Shown: one piece after another, positions 1 to 11,963 of the stretch
Layout: each line of letters begins with the position of its first letter
How positions within the stretch are numbered: position 1 is the first letter of the stretch
Origin: Tubiluchus corallicola
Lineage: Eukaryota > Animalia > Priapulida
Assembly (NCBI GenBank): GCA_030141605.1
Contig: JAQGDQ010001483.1
Span: 1-38,617, forward strand
Direction: 5' to 3'
Length of the DNA stretch: 38,617 bases
Notes under the pieces: model-generated
What the model was told of the DNA's origin: nothing
Seen by the model: only the letters and a program-made list of their open reading frames with translations
Databases searched by the model: none
Position numbers and translations under genes: made by a program

Positions 1-242
1 GTATGCACTTAAATGTCTATCTCCGGGTGCCAAACTACACTTCACTGAGAGACGATGCAGTATCGCGTATTAAAGTGTACTCTAAAACTATCTAACACTT
101 GTATAATAATAATAATAAGTGTACTTCTAAGAGGTAATGAATTGTCTAAGAAGTAATCAGTTTATTAATAGCTTTAATACAGTCTACTTAGAGATGCTAA
201 ACTGTACTAATAATCGTATGATTATTTGCTTTTCTTTTCTAG

Positions 243-254
243 ATTAAGTAGTGG
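243..254 (+). CDS. candidate 12-nt microexon (x-L-S-S-G) in the C2A insert loop
   Basis: atttgcttttcttttctAG|ATTAAGTAGTGG|GTAAGT. Only the phase-2 reading required by exon 2559 is stop-free. Confidence 0.65.
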
Positions 255-492
255 GTAAGTGACAATTTCATCACCTGCTCACCCATAGATGTTACTTTTT
301 ACCATCCGTAGTTTCTACCCAAACTTTATTCATGAAAGTTTTGAAATGATTTGAAAGGCATTACGATGATTTTCCGAGGCTGGGGCGAATTAACGGAGCC
401 CTATGAGAACATTACAAGAGAAAAGAGAGATTTGTCTTTCGGTTGAGCCAAAATTTTTGAATTTATCCTAAAAATTTTGCATTTCCTTGCAG

Positions 493-704
<212 letters not shown>

Positions 705-1307
705 TAACTGAACGGTTCAGAAGCATAAAGAAACACACGAAGACTGTTGCTCAAAAAATACGAAACCTTTGGAGGAATTCATTTTACAACCTTTATATTT
801 GAATGGAGACATTATGAGAAAATGCAGAATATTACGAATGAGCGCAAAACTATAAGGAAATGCAAATTTTAGCTGGTCAAAAATAAAAAGATGATAATGT
901 CATCATTTGGGCTCCATATGAATCGACGGCTGTCTTGGATTTTTTGCCTTTTTTCTAGTTTTTACGTCTAACACTGAGTTTGAACACTAGGGCATAGACC
1001 TTAAATATTTTACCCTTTAGTATGCGCGTTCCGTACATCAAGAAAGCAAGTTAATCCAATAGTATTACGTTAATTAGCTAACTTATGTTAATTAGTGGCA
1101 ACGATAGCGGTCGCATTGCAGTAACAGAGTGATAAGTGTCGCATTGGTAATAACAGCAACAGCAGTAGTGTAGCAATACTAACAGTAACAGTGATAGCAA
1201 CAGTAGGCTGTTAATGCTTATTTGTGTATCACAGTGACAATATCGACAGTAATAATTCTGACAACCTGCCGAAAATGTGCTGCTGGTCCTGCTAGTTGCT
1301 GCTATTT

Positions 1308-1830
1308 CTACTACTACTATCACTACACTACCTCTACCTCTACCTCTACCTCTACCTCTACCTCTACCTCTACCTCTACCTCTACCTCTACCTCTACCTC
1401 TACCTCTACCTCTACCTCTACCTCTACCTCTACCTCTACCTCTACCTCTACCTCTACCTCTACCTCTACCTCTACCTCTACCTCTACCTCTACCTCTACC
1501 ACTACCACTACCACTACCCTACTACCTCTACCTCTACCTCTACCTCTACCTCTGCCTCAGCCTCAGCCTCAGCCTCAGCCTCTACCTCTACCTCTACCTC
1601 CACCTCTACCACTACCACGTCCACAACCCTTACCATTACTGCTTCTACTTCTACTACTACACCACCGCCACCACCACCACCACCACCACCACCACCACCA
1701 ACTCCACCACCACCACCACAACCACCACCACCACCAACACCACCACCAACACCAATAACCATCACCACCACCACCACCAACACCAACACCACCGCCACCA
1801 ACGCCACCACCACCACCACTGCCACTATCA
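1308..1830. repeat. (CTACCT)n, (CTCAGC)n and (CAC/CAA)n compound microsatellite
   Basis: direct reading; accounts for the low-complexity ORFs at 1222-1928. Confidence 0.97.
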
Positions 1831-2558
1831 ACCATTTCCATTACTATACAATTAACGTAATTAGAAAATTAGATGAAAGTGCTTTCTTATTTGAAGGAAA
1901 AGCGGTGTCCAAAAGGTTTTATGTTTAAAGTCTATGCCCTTTTGATTACTTATGCAATAAAAATCAAAGTATTAAACACAACTAAATTGCTTAACAGTCA
2001 TTTTACACCTAATTAATAGCTTCAGATTTTTTGCACTTGTGTTATTCGTTTTACTAAATTAATCAGTATTAATCTTAATTCTTTGACAGTTTGGGGACTA
2101 AATATTGAAATAATAATTTGCACGAACCCTCACCCGCTACAATCAACTCACCCATAATTTTCAAGCTGCTTGAACCTCCACACGGAACTTAGCAAGATTT
2201 TCTATTTATTATTAACTAATAATAAAATATTTGCCTGCAGATCGTCATGTTGTATGTGATATGTTCAGTTACATTGTTATGTGAATTTCACTTGACTATA
2301 TTTTGCTTTTAAACTGACGCACTTTTAACGTTCTCAAAAAACCTTCAAGTACCAGTAAGTGCTACTTACATTTTCTCTGATGTGTAATCATTACTATTAA
2401 CGTTTGATTGACAAATTGTTATTGATCTGTAATTTCGGTTGCTAAACACACGTTTCAATCTGCAATTCATTTGATTGCAAACGCTCGTAAAACAAGAAAA
2501 CTGCAAATCGTAAAATCCGATCAGCATCATTTTATCCACGCAATTTTGTTAATTCCAG

Positions 2559-2681
2559 GAAGAGGAAAGAAAAAATTCCCGAAAAGACGGTTGTGCGAGA
2601 CAGGTTGCCTGCTAAATACATCAAGAGTACGAGCGTCAAACGAGACACACTGAACCCGCAGTGGAATGAAAAATTTCGATT
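2559..2681 (+). CDS. BAIAP3: exon, C2A: [41 protein letters not shown]
   Basis: ttccAG acceptor, GTATGA donor, C2 TLNPxW motif. Confidence 0.9.
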
Positions 2682-2797
2682 GTATGATTAGATATTGGTT
2701 TGATCTTTAAATATGGATCTCGTTTTTGCCTTAAATATGGCTGGCAGTTAGGTTTTACAAAACTCGAGTTTTATATCTGTTATTGCGGAATATTATA

Positions 2798-2800
<3 letters not shown>

Positions 2801-2828
<28 letters not shown>

Positions 2829-3160
2829 TTCAGACTTCACAAAGTTCATATACACATCACAAATTAATACAAATAATACAATAAATCATGACACACAACA
2901 ATAACACAAATAACAATTAACGATATAACAAACTACGCCAATGACATCTAATTACAGAAGTAAAGTTTGCATCACTGTTTAAGATGTTCTTGCATATAAA
3001 ATTTTCACTGTTATTCAGCCTGACGTATAAACTGTATGCACATTTTCTGTGAATCACATCAAAATAAATAATATTAAGTCTAGTGGAGATATATCTAGCG
3101 CTCGTATCACATGAAAAGTTAAACAGCTTCCGTGTTGATACATTATATGCATACAATGTT
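2801..3160 (-). mobile_element. 5'-truncated non-LTR retrotransposon 3' end with (TA)n tail
   Basis: Minus-strand AYNVSTRKLF...SA...F....RK.AYS..RLNNSEN....I.NSD......WRSLLY* resembles the ORF2 C-terminus of CR1/L2-group elements, followed by a short UTR ending GTCTGAAATA(TA)n. Clade not assigned. Confidence 0.6.
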
Positions 3161-3672
3161 ATCTTTCTTCACTAAGCACTGTACACTCGTTAAAGTGTGC
3201 CTAATGTAAGCCGCAATTACGTTTCTTAAATGGGATGACTTGCCTTTGCACTGGTTGTTTTTTATTTCATTTTCATGAACAGATTTTTGTAAAAGAATTC
3301 CCTTTACTACTCATGCGTATTGTATTGCTTGTGTGGTGCAAAAGAGTCAACTAAATTTAAAACATATTCTGTGATTCTTCCATATTTAAATTATTTTAAT
3401 TATCACTAATCAGCGATTATTTCGGTATTATTACAATGTATGCTGCTGAGTCTTGGGATTTATACGAAAGTATAAATTTTTCATGAAAAGTATTTTGTAC
3501 CCTTAATGACAAGAGTATTATGTGATCATACAGCCACCAGGGACTAAAGCACGTTATACGAAATTACTGAACTCCTACATAAGCCTATTACTGTTTAACA
3601 AACGTAAAATTTGTTGATGTGCATTAAAAGGTTTTCTCTACATCTGACATTTTATGAAATAATTTTTTGTAG

Positions 3673-3717
3673 TGATTTGGATGATGTTCATACAGATTAT
3701 CTGCATCTCGATATATG
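3673..3717 (+). CDS. BAIAP3: exon, C2A: DLDDVHTDYLHLDIW
   Basis: ttgtAG / GTGAGT; phase 2-2. Confidence 0.93.
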
Positions 3718-4154
3718 GTGAGTTTGTTATGTAACAAATTTTAAGTAAGTTTCTAGCAAAAACGCAGTTGTACCTCTTTAGAAAGAACGGAAATAAGGGA
3801 GGAGAGGCACGCAGCATCGAGCTGAGAAGTGGCTAGATAAGAGATGCGTTTTGTGCGTTTCACATAATCTGCGTTTGCAAAAAATAGTTAGTCTCATTGA
3901 TTTCCAATTCTTGTGCAGGCAAATTTAAAACCAGCATATATTTGCCAACAAAAAATCAGCATTAAATTTTATTCTCTGTTGGTCTTCTTAGTTACTTAGT
4001 AATTTAATTAGTAACTTAGTTATTAGTAACTCAGTAAGTCACTTAATTATTTAGTCAGCTAGCATTTAATTAGTAACAACTTGAACATTATGACTATTAA
4101 AGTAATCTGTTGATCCATTACGTCGGTAGTTTCAAGTCTCCTATTGTTTTCAAG

Positions 4155-4232
4155 GGACCATGATGATGAATACTCGGTTAGTGATGCTGTTAAGAAGCTC
4201 AATGAAGTCCAAGGCCTAAAAGGAATGGGAAG
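4155..4232 (+). CDS. BAIAP3: exon, C2A: DHDDEYSVSDAVKKLNEVQGLKGMGR
   Basis: tcaAG / GTAGGA; family-diagnostic motif. Confidence 0.95.
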
Positions 4233-4739
4233 GTAGGAAACCCTAAAATGAGACGAAGCTATATGTCAACAAAAAGTGCTTTGCTCTGCGCGCGCCTGTT
4301 TTTATTCGATATTGCTTGTTGTCTGTAATGACATGATTTATTATCATTGAAGGATTTCTAATTGCAACAAAACTTTTGAAAATTGCGTATCAATGAAAGA
4401 AAAGCTAATGGAATTGTAACATAACATTTGAATTGAGAAATCAAAAGGTTTAATTAAATCAAATGTTTTTTAACAATATCGCGAGTCGGTGTAAATTCTA
4501 CCATCCTACAATGTTACACAGCTCCAGTCACCGAAATTTGCATAAAGTAAGCAAACACTAATGCAATTGTAGCAATCAAATTGGTTTCAGAATTTGTTTG
4601 AAGCGATGAATGTGAACCCAAAAACTAGCTGGTCAATTCATAATGCAGGATTAGGACAAAATAATCCCAAACAAAACATGTTTAAGGACATTAGAATTTT
4701 GACTTTGCTTTGTTTGGATTTTTTGTAATACTTCAGGCA

Positions 4740-5096
4740 CAGGGCCAGATTAAAACCTCAAGCACTGGCAAGATTATGGTACTGCACGTGCAATTCAGAA
4801 TAAAAACAATACGTTAAATGTTTTGAAAATATTTTAAATGTTACAATGCTGAACTATAGAATGAAATTTTATCTTTCGAAATGAAAAAACGTGCAGTAAG
4901 ATTTATTCACAGGCAGTCAAAAGCAACATTATCCTGTTTTAAGTATGTCCTCATTTTTGTAAGCATGACCATATTGAAATAAATTACGAAACACATTTTA
5001 CTTTTGGGTAATTACTCGATTTGAAACTGAGTGGGCCCCTCTCTCATGAGGCCCTAAAACACGTGCTTATTTTGCTTAATGGTTAACCCAGGACAG
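4740..5096. mobile_element. hAT-type MITE remnant with 8-bp TSD
   Basis: TTCAGGCA direct repeat at 4732-4739 and 5097-5104; left end CAGGGCCAGATTAA, degenerate right end TTAACCCAGGACAG; subterminal GGGCCC/GGCCC motifs. Confidence 0.6.
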
Positions 5097-5676
5097 TTCA
5101 GGCACTACAGATATCTTACTTTTTACATAAAGCAGCACAATGAAGTTCAGCCATTATTTATTACATCTAATATCGAAACCCAAATGGGTAATAAGCTAAG
5201 CATTAACAAGACGCAAAAGCAATCAATCGTTTAAATTGTACTCTGTATTAAATTGAAACAGTCGTTAAATTTTGCAGGGATGACGCAAACTTCAGCGTCT
5301 AAAGTAAAGTTGAATATATTCTAATTTTAATTAACTTAAGCTTGATTATTAATAGGAATCTACCACCATTTAAATCTTGGTTGCTTGTAATAAAATCGTT
5401 TTATTGTAACTGTCTGAACTTCCTGCAACTTGCAACGACAATTTATATCTCTATCCTTTGAAAGTACGTCACACGTTACAGCTTCTTTTATAACATGGTA
5501 TTTATTATGAGTAATTTGCAAAGCAAAGACTAATATTGACAAGTTTCGCTTTAAAACTGAATTTTTTATTGTTTTACTAAATCCTGCCAATAGATGGCAA
5601 AACTCCGTTTGCGTACATTTTTTCCGCATTTCTTCGTTGCTATTAGTTTATTAGTTTAATTTTGTTATTTTTACAG

Positions 5677-5857
5677 ATTTTTTAAACAAATAGTACAGTC
5701 AGCTAGGACAAACAGTGGTAGCAATGTAGATGACTTCTTGGGATGTGTGAACGTAAAGCTAGAAGACCTCCAGTCAACAGGCTTGGAGAAGTGGTTTAAA
5801 CTAGAGGCTCGTTCACACAAATCTAATATACAGGGGGAGCTCAAACTAAAACTACAA
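5677..5857 (+). CDS. BAIAP3: exon, C2A: [60 protein letters not shown]
   Basis: ttacAG / GTATGT; DDFLG and W.KLE.RS motifs. Confidence 0.95.
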
Positions 5858-6077
5858 GTATGTCTTGTAGTGTTGATTCTTGCTAATGTCAATTAAAATA
5901 CAGTAAAAAATGTGATCGGTTAGATACTTCAATTTCTCAATTTTTTGTTTTACCAATTTTCTGAAATTAATTTTTAGCAGAAAAATATCTCTAAATCAGT
6001 ATTGTCATAAAGAAAAAAGAAAGAGTTATACAGCTGGCATAAGCAACATCATTAGATGTTATCGTTTCATTCTACAG

Positions 6078-6188
6078 CTTGGCACTCGAGAAGATCGTGG
6101 AATTAGTGAAGAAGATAATTGGACAGATGTTACCGAACATGAATCCCTAATACGGATCTTCATCGATCATGAAATGAGAAAATCTAGT
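6078..6188 (+). CDS. BAIAP3: exon: LGTREDRGISEEDNWTDVTEHESLIRIFIDHEMRKSS
   Basis: ctacAG / GTAAGC; phase 0-0, open frame. Confidence 0.9.
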
Positions 6189-6590
6189 GTAAGCACACCT
6201 TTAAATAATCTTCTAGAAATATCTCTTTCTTTGGCTTCTCCTTCTGAGTGAATCATGTTCTATGTGCACTTCCTGACCGGTTTTAATTTAACAATAAAGA
6301 GGTATAGTAGAGTAAAGAAAATGGTAGAAACGCTGCTTAAAATTGCAGATTATCATAAATAATTTGACTTGTGCAATAAAGTGTATTCTAATCAGCTGTC
6401 CTTGGTACTGTAGTGTTCTTGCCCTGTGTTTGCCGGGTGTGCTTATCTCAATATTTATATTGCTTGATCACGGCAGGGCATTTCTTGCATAGGGAATGTT
6501 TACTTTGCACACTTCATTATTTTCTTCAATCTGATTAATAATCAGTGCTTATTAATTATTTTATCTATATATTAATTCTACTGGCATGCG

Positions 6591-6593
<3 letters not shown>

Positions 6594-6629
<36 letters not shown>
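6594..6629. repeat. (TA)n microsatellite
   Basis: direct reading. Confidence 0.95.
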
Positions 6630-6631
<2 letters not shown>

Positions 6632-6955
6632 ATTCGAGGCTACAGCTTTGACGACGGCACCATTTGCGGCGATCTATACATCAAACGAAAGGTCTCGATC
6701 TAGTAAATATTAATTTTTAAGATTATCATTAATGATGAAACAAACGTACAAAATTTAGCAATTGTGAGTTTGTTCCACTTTTAATATAAACTTGGAAATA
6801 AGATGATAAGATAATGAATTAATCATCCGTTGAATATTTTTACCTCAAAATCCAAAAAGAATAGTCTAATTAGTTAATTACTGGTTAATTAATCAGATTA
6901 ACTAACTTTGGCAATGCTGAATTGGTAGGGCAGCTGTAAGGAATGAATAATCAAC

Positions 6956-7029
6956 GGGACGTGGTAGTCCAGCAGTTCCATACGCACTCTAAGCACGAGA
7001 CCCCTGGTTCAAAACCAGGCTGTGTTCCG
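6956..7029 (+). pseudogene. tRNA-like sequence (SINE head or tRNA pseudogene)
   Basis: T-arm CCTGG-TTCAAAA-CCAGG containing B box GGTTCAAAACC; A-box-like TAGTCCAGCAG; GGGACGTGG/CTGTGTTCC acceptor-like pairing with several G-U pairs; D and anticodon arms degenerate. Confidence 0.5.
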
Positions 7030-7125
7030 ACTTTTTCACATTTCCTGCCTTTCGTGTAAGTTATCTAAAAAAATTCAACACTCATGGATTTGTTGCATCA
7101 TTAATCAGTGCTTGTTGTATAATAG

Positions 7126-7229
7126 GCATCATCTTCTAAATGGGCAGGAGAACTGTCTCAGCCAGCATTGACGATCTTACACCAACATGCCATACAGGGA
7201 GATATCACTGATATCCAGCAAGCCATGTG
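7126..7229 (+). CDS. BAIAP3: exon: [35 protein letters not shown]
   Basis: aatAG / GTAAGA; WxGEL...ILHQHA motif. Confidence 0.92.
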
Positions 7230-7391
7230 GTAAGAACTCTTACAGAATTAACGTTTTTTATGTTTTGTATCTCTTTGTTTTTTAGATTCTATTTTTTTAA
7301 ATTACTTACTCAGATTGTGCTTTTTGGTTGCGTTTCACATTCACTTATTTCAAGAAACAAATGAAGTGACTGGTTTTGATGCTTTTTACAG

Positions 7392-7506
7392 CCATTGGCT
7401 AGCATACAGCAAGAAGCACGTGGCGTGTCCATTTGACTATGCATACTTGTTGAAATTAATAGAAAATCTGAACACTTGGACGCCATCTTCACTGTCTCGT
7501 GATGAG
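7392..7506 (+). CDS. BAIAP3: exon: HWLAYSKKHVACPFDYAYLLKLIENLNTWTPSSLSRDE
   Basis: ttacAG / GTAAGA; lies inside ORF 7315..7548. Confidence 0.92.
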
Positions 7507-8827
7507 GTAAGATTTTTAGTACAGCATCCTATATATAAACTGAATTAAACCAGCTGCTAAATGTGACTTTCATAGCTTTCCTATGAATTGTTATGATGAA
7601 GAGCTATTACAGGGTGTCCAAACAGTAGTACACTGACAAATGCTATAAGCATACCAATATTACATCTAAGAAGCTAAATAAGTATGGTTATGTCAACTTA
7701 TATTGTAGAGAAATTGGAATAATGACGTAAAAGTATACACTTTTATTTTATGCCATTGTGATGCAGAAGCCCAGGTTCACTTTGACGTATTTTTTATATT
7801 AGTACTGCATTATTATATCTTTTGAAGTACTCTTTGTATTTAGTGAATGTGCTGATAACCTGAAATGATACGCCGTCCCCGGATTTTGCCCCGAATATTA
7901 TCCGGATTGCAGATTCTGGAGTCGCGAATGCAGCCTATTTTTAACTATTGTTTTCGGATCCTTCTTCAAAGATGTAACCTTAGAAATTAGTATTGTTTTC
8001 TGTGGCCGGTCCCCGCGGACTTGCAGACGCGCTTATTGCATATTGTCCGCAGATTTATGTTGCAGACCATTCTTGCTGACCCTGCGGCCCACGAATTTCA
8101 GCAGAAAACCATCTAAGTTTGAGCAAATTGTCCCAGTCCTTCTTACCAAGTCATTTTCATCATTTTAAATATTTCTGAAGTCGTTTCTCAGTGCCTGACT
8201 ACAGCACATCAACCCCTTTCCACTGCTTTCCCTCTCTGTAGAAACCTCTAACACCTGAGCAATAAAGTTGGGAATTTCTCCCTTTTAAAGGTGTGTTGAA
8301 TGAGTTTAGAAAACTCGTTAAGTTATCAAATATTTCTCTTTTGCAGAAGTAGTTTTCGTAATGTATTGATCGCGCAATTCAGTCTAGAGCTTTATTGATT
8401 TCTTTGTCATACAAATTACAAAGACGTGCTTGGTTAACGATAATAATGTAGGTAAAGTACCGCAGCCACCGAAGAAGAAAGTGTTGCTAACAACTTTCAA
8501 GAAGTCTTAATGGAAATGAAAGTTATTTTATGAAAAACACGTCAGTATCAATAGCGTGTACACTTTAACTGTTAATGTTAAAATCTACAAACACTTTATA
8601 ATAGCGAGTTTGAGCTGCTAAATTGTGATACGTTATCATAGATATATCAAAAAGTTTTTATCCCATTTTAGAGCCCACTTAATATTCTAAAATATGTATA
8701 ATGCAATATACTATCTGAAATAACTATTTTTATTTTTAAAGGATCTTTGAATGATGTCCATGCTTCAAATTACTTTCCTGCTTATTTCTGAAACATCTGC
8801 CAATTTTTCTCTCTTGTCTTATTTCAG

Positions 8828-8952
8828 GAAGAAAACTTGGCTGAGTCTTTTAACTACTTTATAGAGTTTTGCTTGAATTTATTATTGAAGATTCGAGACA
8901 TCTTTCCTCCAGCGAACAAAGCTGCTTCGCACAAGCTACAAAACTTGCTCAA
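8828..8952 (+). CDS. BAIAP3: exon: EENLAESFNYFIEFCLNLLLKIRDIFPPANKAASHKLQNLLK
   Basis: tttcAG / GTAAGT; LAESF...R..FP motif. Confidence 0.92.
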
Positions 8953-9231
8953 GTAAGTTCTCCACATATCATGATTGTACATTTTTTATAAATCACTCAG
9001 GAATTCTTGCGAAAAACAGGGAAATGATCTGGTTGTTGTTTGAGAACTATAACTAACTTTTAGACATTTCTCCACTTATTTTTGGGCCGCCCTTAGGTTG
9101 CGTCATCTGTAAATTTTTACAGGTGCTATGCACAAACATACATTTTGTTTTTACATTTTGTCAAACCATGCTTGCTTTTTTATTTAATGTATGACATTCT
9201 GTGAATTAACATAATATTTTCACTCTTTTAG

Positions 9232-9322
9232 ATGTCTACATTCCATATATGAGCTGAAGGTATTTAAGAAATGCTGCCCCTTTCAGAAGGAGTTGCACGC
9301 AGAAATTATCGGAATTATTAAG
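9232..9322 (+). CDS. BAIAP3: exon: CLHSIYELKVFKKCCPFQKELHAEIIGIIK
   Basis: ttttAG / GTATTT; phase 2-0. Confidence 0.9.
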
Positions 9323-10730
9323 GTATTTTTACTACTAATTATTCCTGAATTATTTCTCCGCCGAGAAGCACAAAGTTTTCTTGATTCTGAATTACGGTGT
9401 TTCTCTCACTGAACGTTCTATTGAAACTGCTGAAAATTATGTAACCTCGTAATTTCAGCGCTGACAGCAACTTGTTTAAGATTCATTTTGGAGTGTTTAC
9501 TTAAGGCGAGCCTAATGTAATTTTACTGTGAAAAATATGTAAGCTAAAAGCTTACTCATGTTCGTTGATAAGTAACATGGATCAAAATTCTGTAAGACGT
9601 TGCCCTGTGTACACACAATAGTATTGGCTTTTGGTACACAGCCTAAGCAGCAAAAATCTATCATTCACAAAAAAAACTGAGAAATACCTAAACAGTCACC
9701 ACTTAAGCTAAGTGTATCGTGTAAAAATAACTAAACCTTTCTTTTAGACTAGAATGTTAGTTCGGTTAATTCTGACTGACTTGTTCTTCTCTCACTTTTG
9801 CTATCATCTTATCTTTGTGCTGTTTTTTACGGCTAGAGATTCTGTCGACCAAACTACCAAAATTTTGATTTAGTGACTGCTGAGGACTTGCAAAATATGA
9901 CTATAGCTATAGAAAAACTTGCGGTATAAACATGGTTTTAGCAGAATAATTATAATGGTGTGTGTATTGCTTTGCATTTTATAGTTGAACGTAATATTAC
10001 AGTTTCTATTTGAAATTGTTTCTAGCCGTATGTTTTAGCACTATTTTACGGGTTATTCTTGTAAATTATGTTGCATTTAAAAAGTTTTCAAGCGATTGGA
10101 GATCGCTGCAGTTTTTAGAACAAATCGAGATACTTTATAGTTCCTATTTTCTTATTTTTGAAACTGTGCTGAAAGTTGTTTATTTAAGCCTTCAATATTT
10201 TAGCCCAAATTATATGAATTACTTTGCGTATTTAGGTTGTTTATGTAGTTAAAAAAATCATGGCATGAAAAGTAGAGTTTTAAATTATACTTATTAGCTG
10301 AGGACAAGCATTGCATATTTGTTAGGTTTAAAAACCTTTACCTAATTCACATTAAATTATTAAAGAAAATTTTTAATATAAGTATATGGGGACCTATATG
10401 GTTTATATGTACTAGAAATAGTAATAATGTTACTTCGTACCATGTGTAATATTATAGTTTTTATTTTTTTTTCAAACTTGAGCTATTAATTTTAACAAGC
10501 TCAAAATATCTTAGCATTCAAATTGTTCACAGTATCTCTGTAAATTAATTATTTTATTTTGTATTTGGAATATAAATATAAACTGTGGTAAAAATTTAAT
10601 TAAGGTTTTTGTCCAACAGAAAACTAGTATTGTGCTGTAAAGTTTCACATACCACTGACAGTTGTGGTAAAATTTAACCCATAAACGTTAGTACACCACA
10701 AACGCTTATGTTGTGCTTGCCTTCGATGTC

Positions 10731-10752
10731 TAACACGCCACAAGCAGTTAGC
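10731..10752 (+). promoter_or_regulatory. putative proximal sequence element (PSE) of the U1 gene
   Basis: TAACACGCCACAAGCAGTTAGC at -62..-41, the canonical PSE position; TAA...TAGC ends recall the insect PSEA. Mostly positional inference. Confidence 0.45.
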
Positions 10753-10792
10753 GAAAAATTCCTTTATAATGCGCGGCGTGGTGTTCTCAAGC

Positions 10793-10956
10793 ATACTTAC
10801 CTGGCACAGAGGTTTCCATGATCAAGAAGGTGGATCCTCCGGGGCGAGGCCTTTCCATTGCACTTCGGTTGGGTTGACCCCTGCGATTCTCTCAAATCGA
10901 GGGAACTCGGGTGTATAATTTGTGGTAGTGGGGGACTGCGTTCGCGCTATCCCCTG
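10793..10956 (+). ncRNA. U1: U1 spliceosomal snRNA (164 nt), intronic, same strand as the host gene
   Basis: 5' ATACTTACCTGG; SL1 loop GATCAAGAAG (U1-70K site); SL2 loop ATTGCAC (U1A site); Sm site AATTTGTGG; SL4 GGGGACTGCG-TTCG-CGCTATCCCC. Confidence 0.97.
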
Positions 10957-11443
10957 AAAATAATGAAAGTTAAGTGAGTTAGTGTGCGATCAATGTTTCG
11001 TCAAATAATCTCTTACAATTTCAGTAATTTTATACTCAGTAAGTAGCTACAGAACACATTTTTTCTAGTGAGAATGATCTTATTACTTTAATATATTTAA
11101 TCGGAAGAAAATAGACATAACAATTTTGCTGATCAACCTCTGGCAGATAAATTAATTTAAGTAAATTCATTAGTACATTATATTTAGCATTCTAATAATC
11201 CGTTTAGAAGTGGCCTCCGTTAGGTACACCCTACTGTGGAAACGCCCCATTTACCCAGTTTCTGTGCTTGATACGCTGCTACTGCTGTGAGAGTATGTTC
11301 GTGGCTCCATCTAGGAAGGAGACGTGAAACCAATAAAGCTCCTGCACAGAACTTTTGTTTGGACAGCACTAATAAAATATGTAAAACGTAAATTTTAGGC
11401 ATTGAAAATTAATAATATGACTATATGTAATTGCTTTTTTCAG

Positions 11444-11500
11444 AAAGGAACACTGCAGTGGTATGAAAAGCAGCATGGACTTACAAAGACTACTGTTAGG
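11444..11500 (+). CDS. BAIAP3: exon: KGTLQWYEKQHGLTKTTVR
   Basis: tttcAG / GTACGT; G..xWY motif. Confidence 0.88.
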
Positions 11501-11630
11501 GTACGTGAGGCAAAAACTTAGTTCTTCTGTTTTGAATAACTTTTAAGAACAATTTCCATGTATTTCTTTGTTTTGAAATTTTTTCATTGCCAAGTCTGTT
11601 TAAAAACTAATGACAATGGTTTATTTGTAG

Positions 11631-11728
11631 AGCGAGGACGATGTTGTTCATGGTCTAGTTGAACTAGCTAATGTGATTAATACAGACATGCAAAAGGCAG
11701 AGCAGTATTACCACCCAATATTCGATAG
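11631..11728 (+). CDS. BAIAP3: exon: SEDDVVHGLVELANVINTDMQKAEQYYHPIFDS
   Basis: ttgtAG / GTAAGC. Confidence 0.9.
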
Positions 11729-11911
11729 GTAAGCTACAAAAAATACCTATGTCTCATCAGTCAAAGTGAATGTTAGGAAATATTTCCACGAGTAGTCACT
11801 CACTTCGCAGTAACACCATGTTATTATTCAAAAAATACATGCGCATACTGTATAACTTTCATACTGTTAAAACTAATTTTGTTTCATAAACGTTTTTAAT
11901 TTTCTTTTCAG

Positions 11912-11963
11912 TGTTGTAGATGTAAATTATGTGGCCGTGGCATTCAAACAACTGGAAAAACTG
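11912..11963 (+). CDS. BAIAP3: exon: VVDVNYVAVAFKQLEKL
   Basis: tttcAG / GTAAGA; phase 2-0. Confidence 0.9.

Noticed and set aside
2241-2255. Possible fourth microexon after ttgcctgcAG
   Set aside because: The better donor (GTATGT) gives an 11-nt frameshifting exon; the in-frame 15-nt option needs a poor donor (AT|GTGATA). Not supportable without reads.
7608-7635. TA-CAGGGTGTCC, a Tc1/mariner TIR-like start
   Set aside because: No matching inverted end found nearby.
7865-8330. GC-richer intronic block, possible transposon remnant
   Set aside because: No recognisable motif, termini or intact frame.
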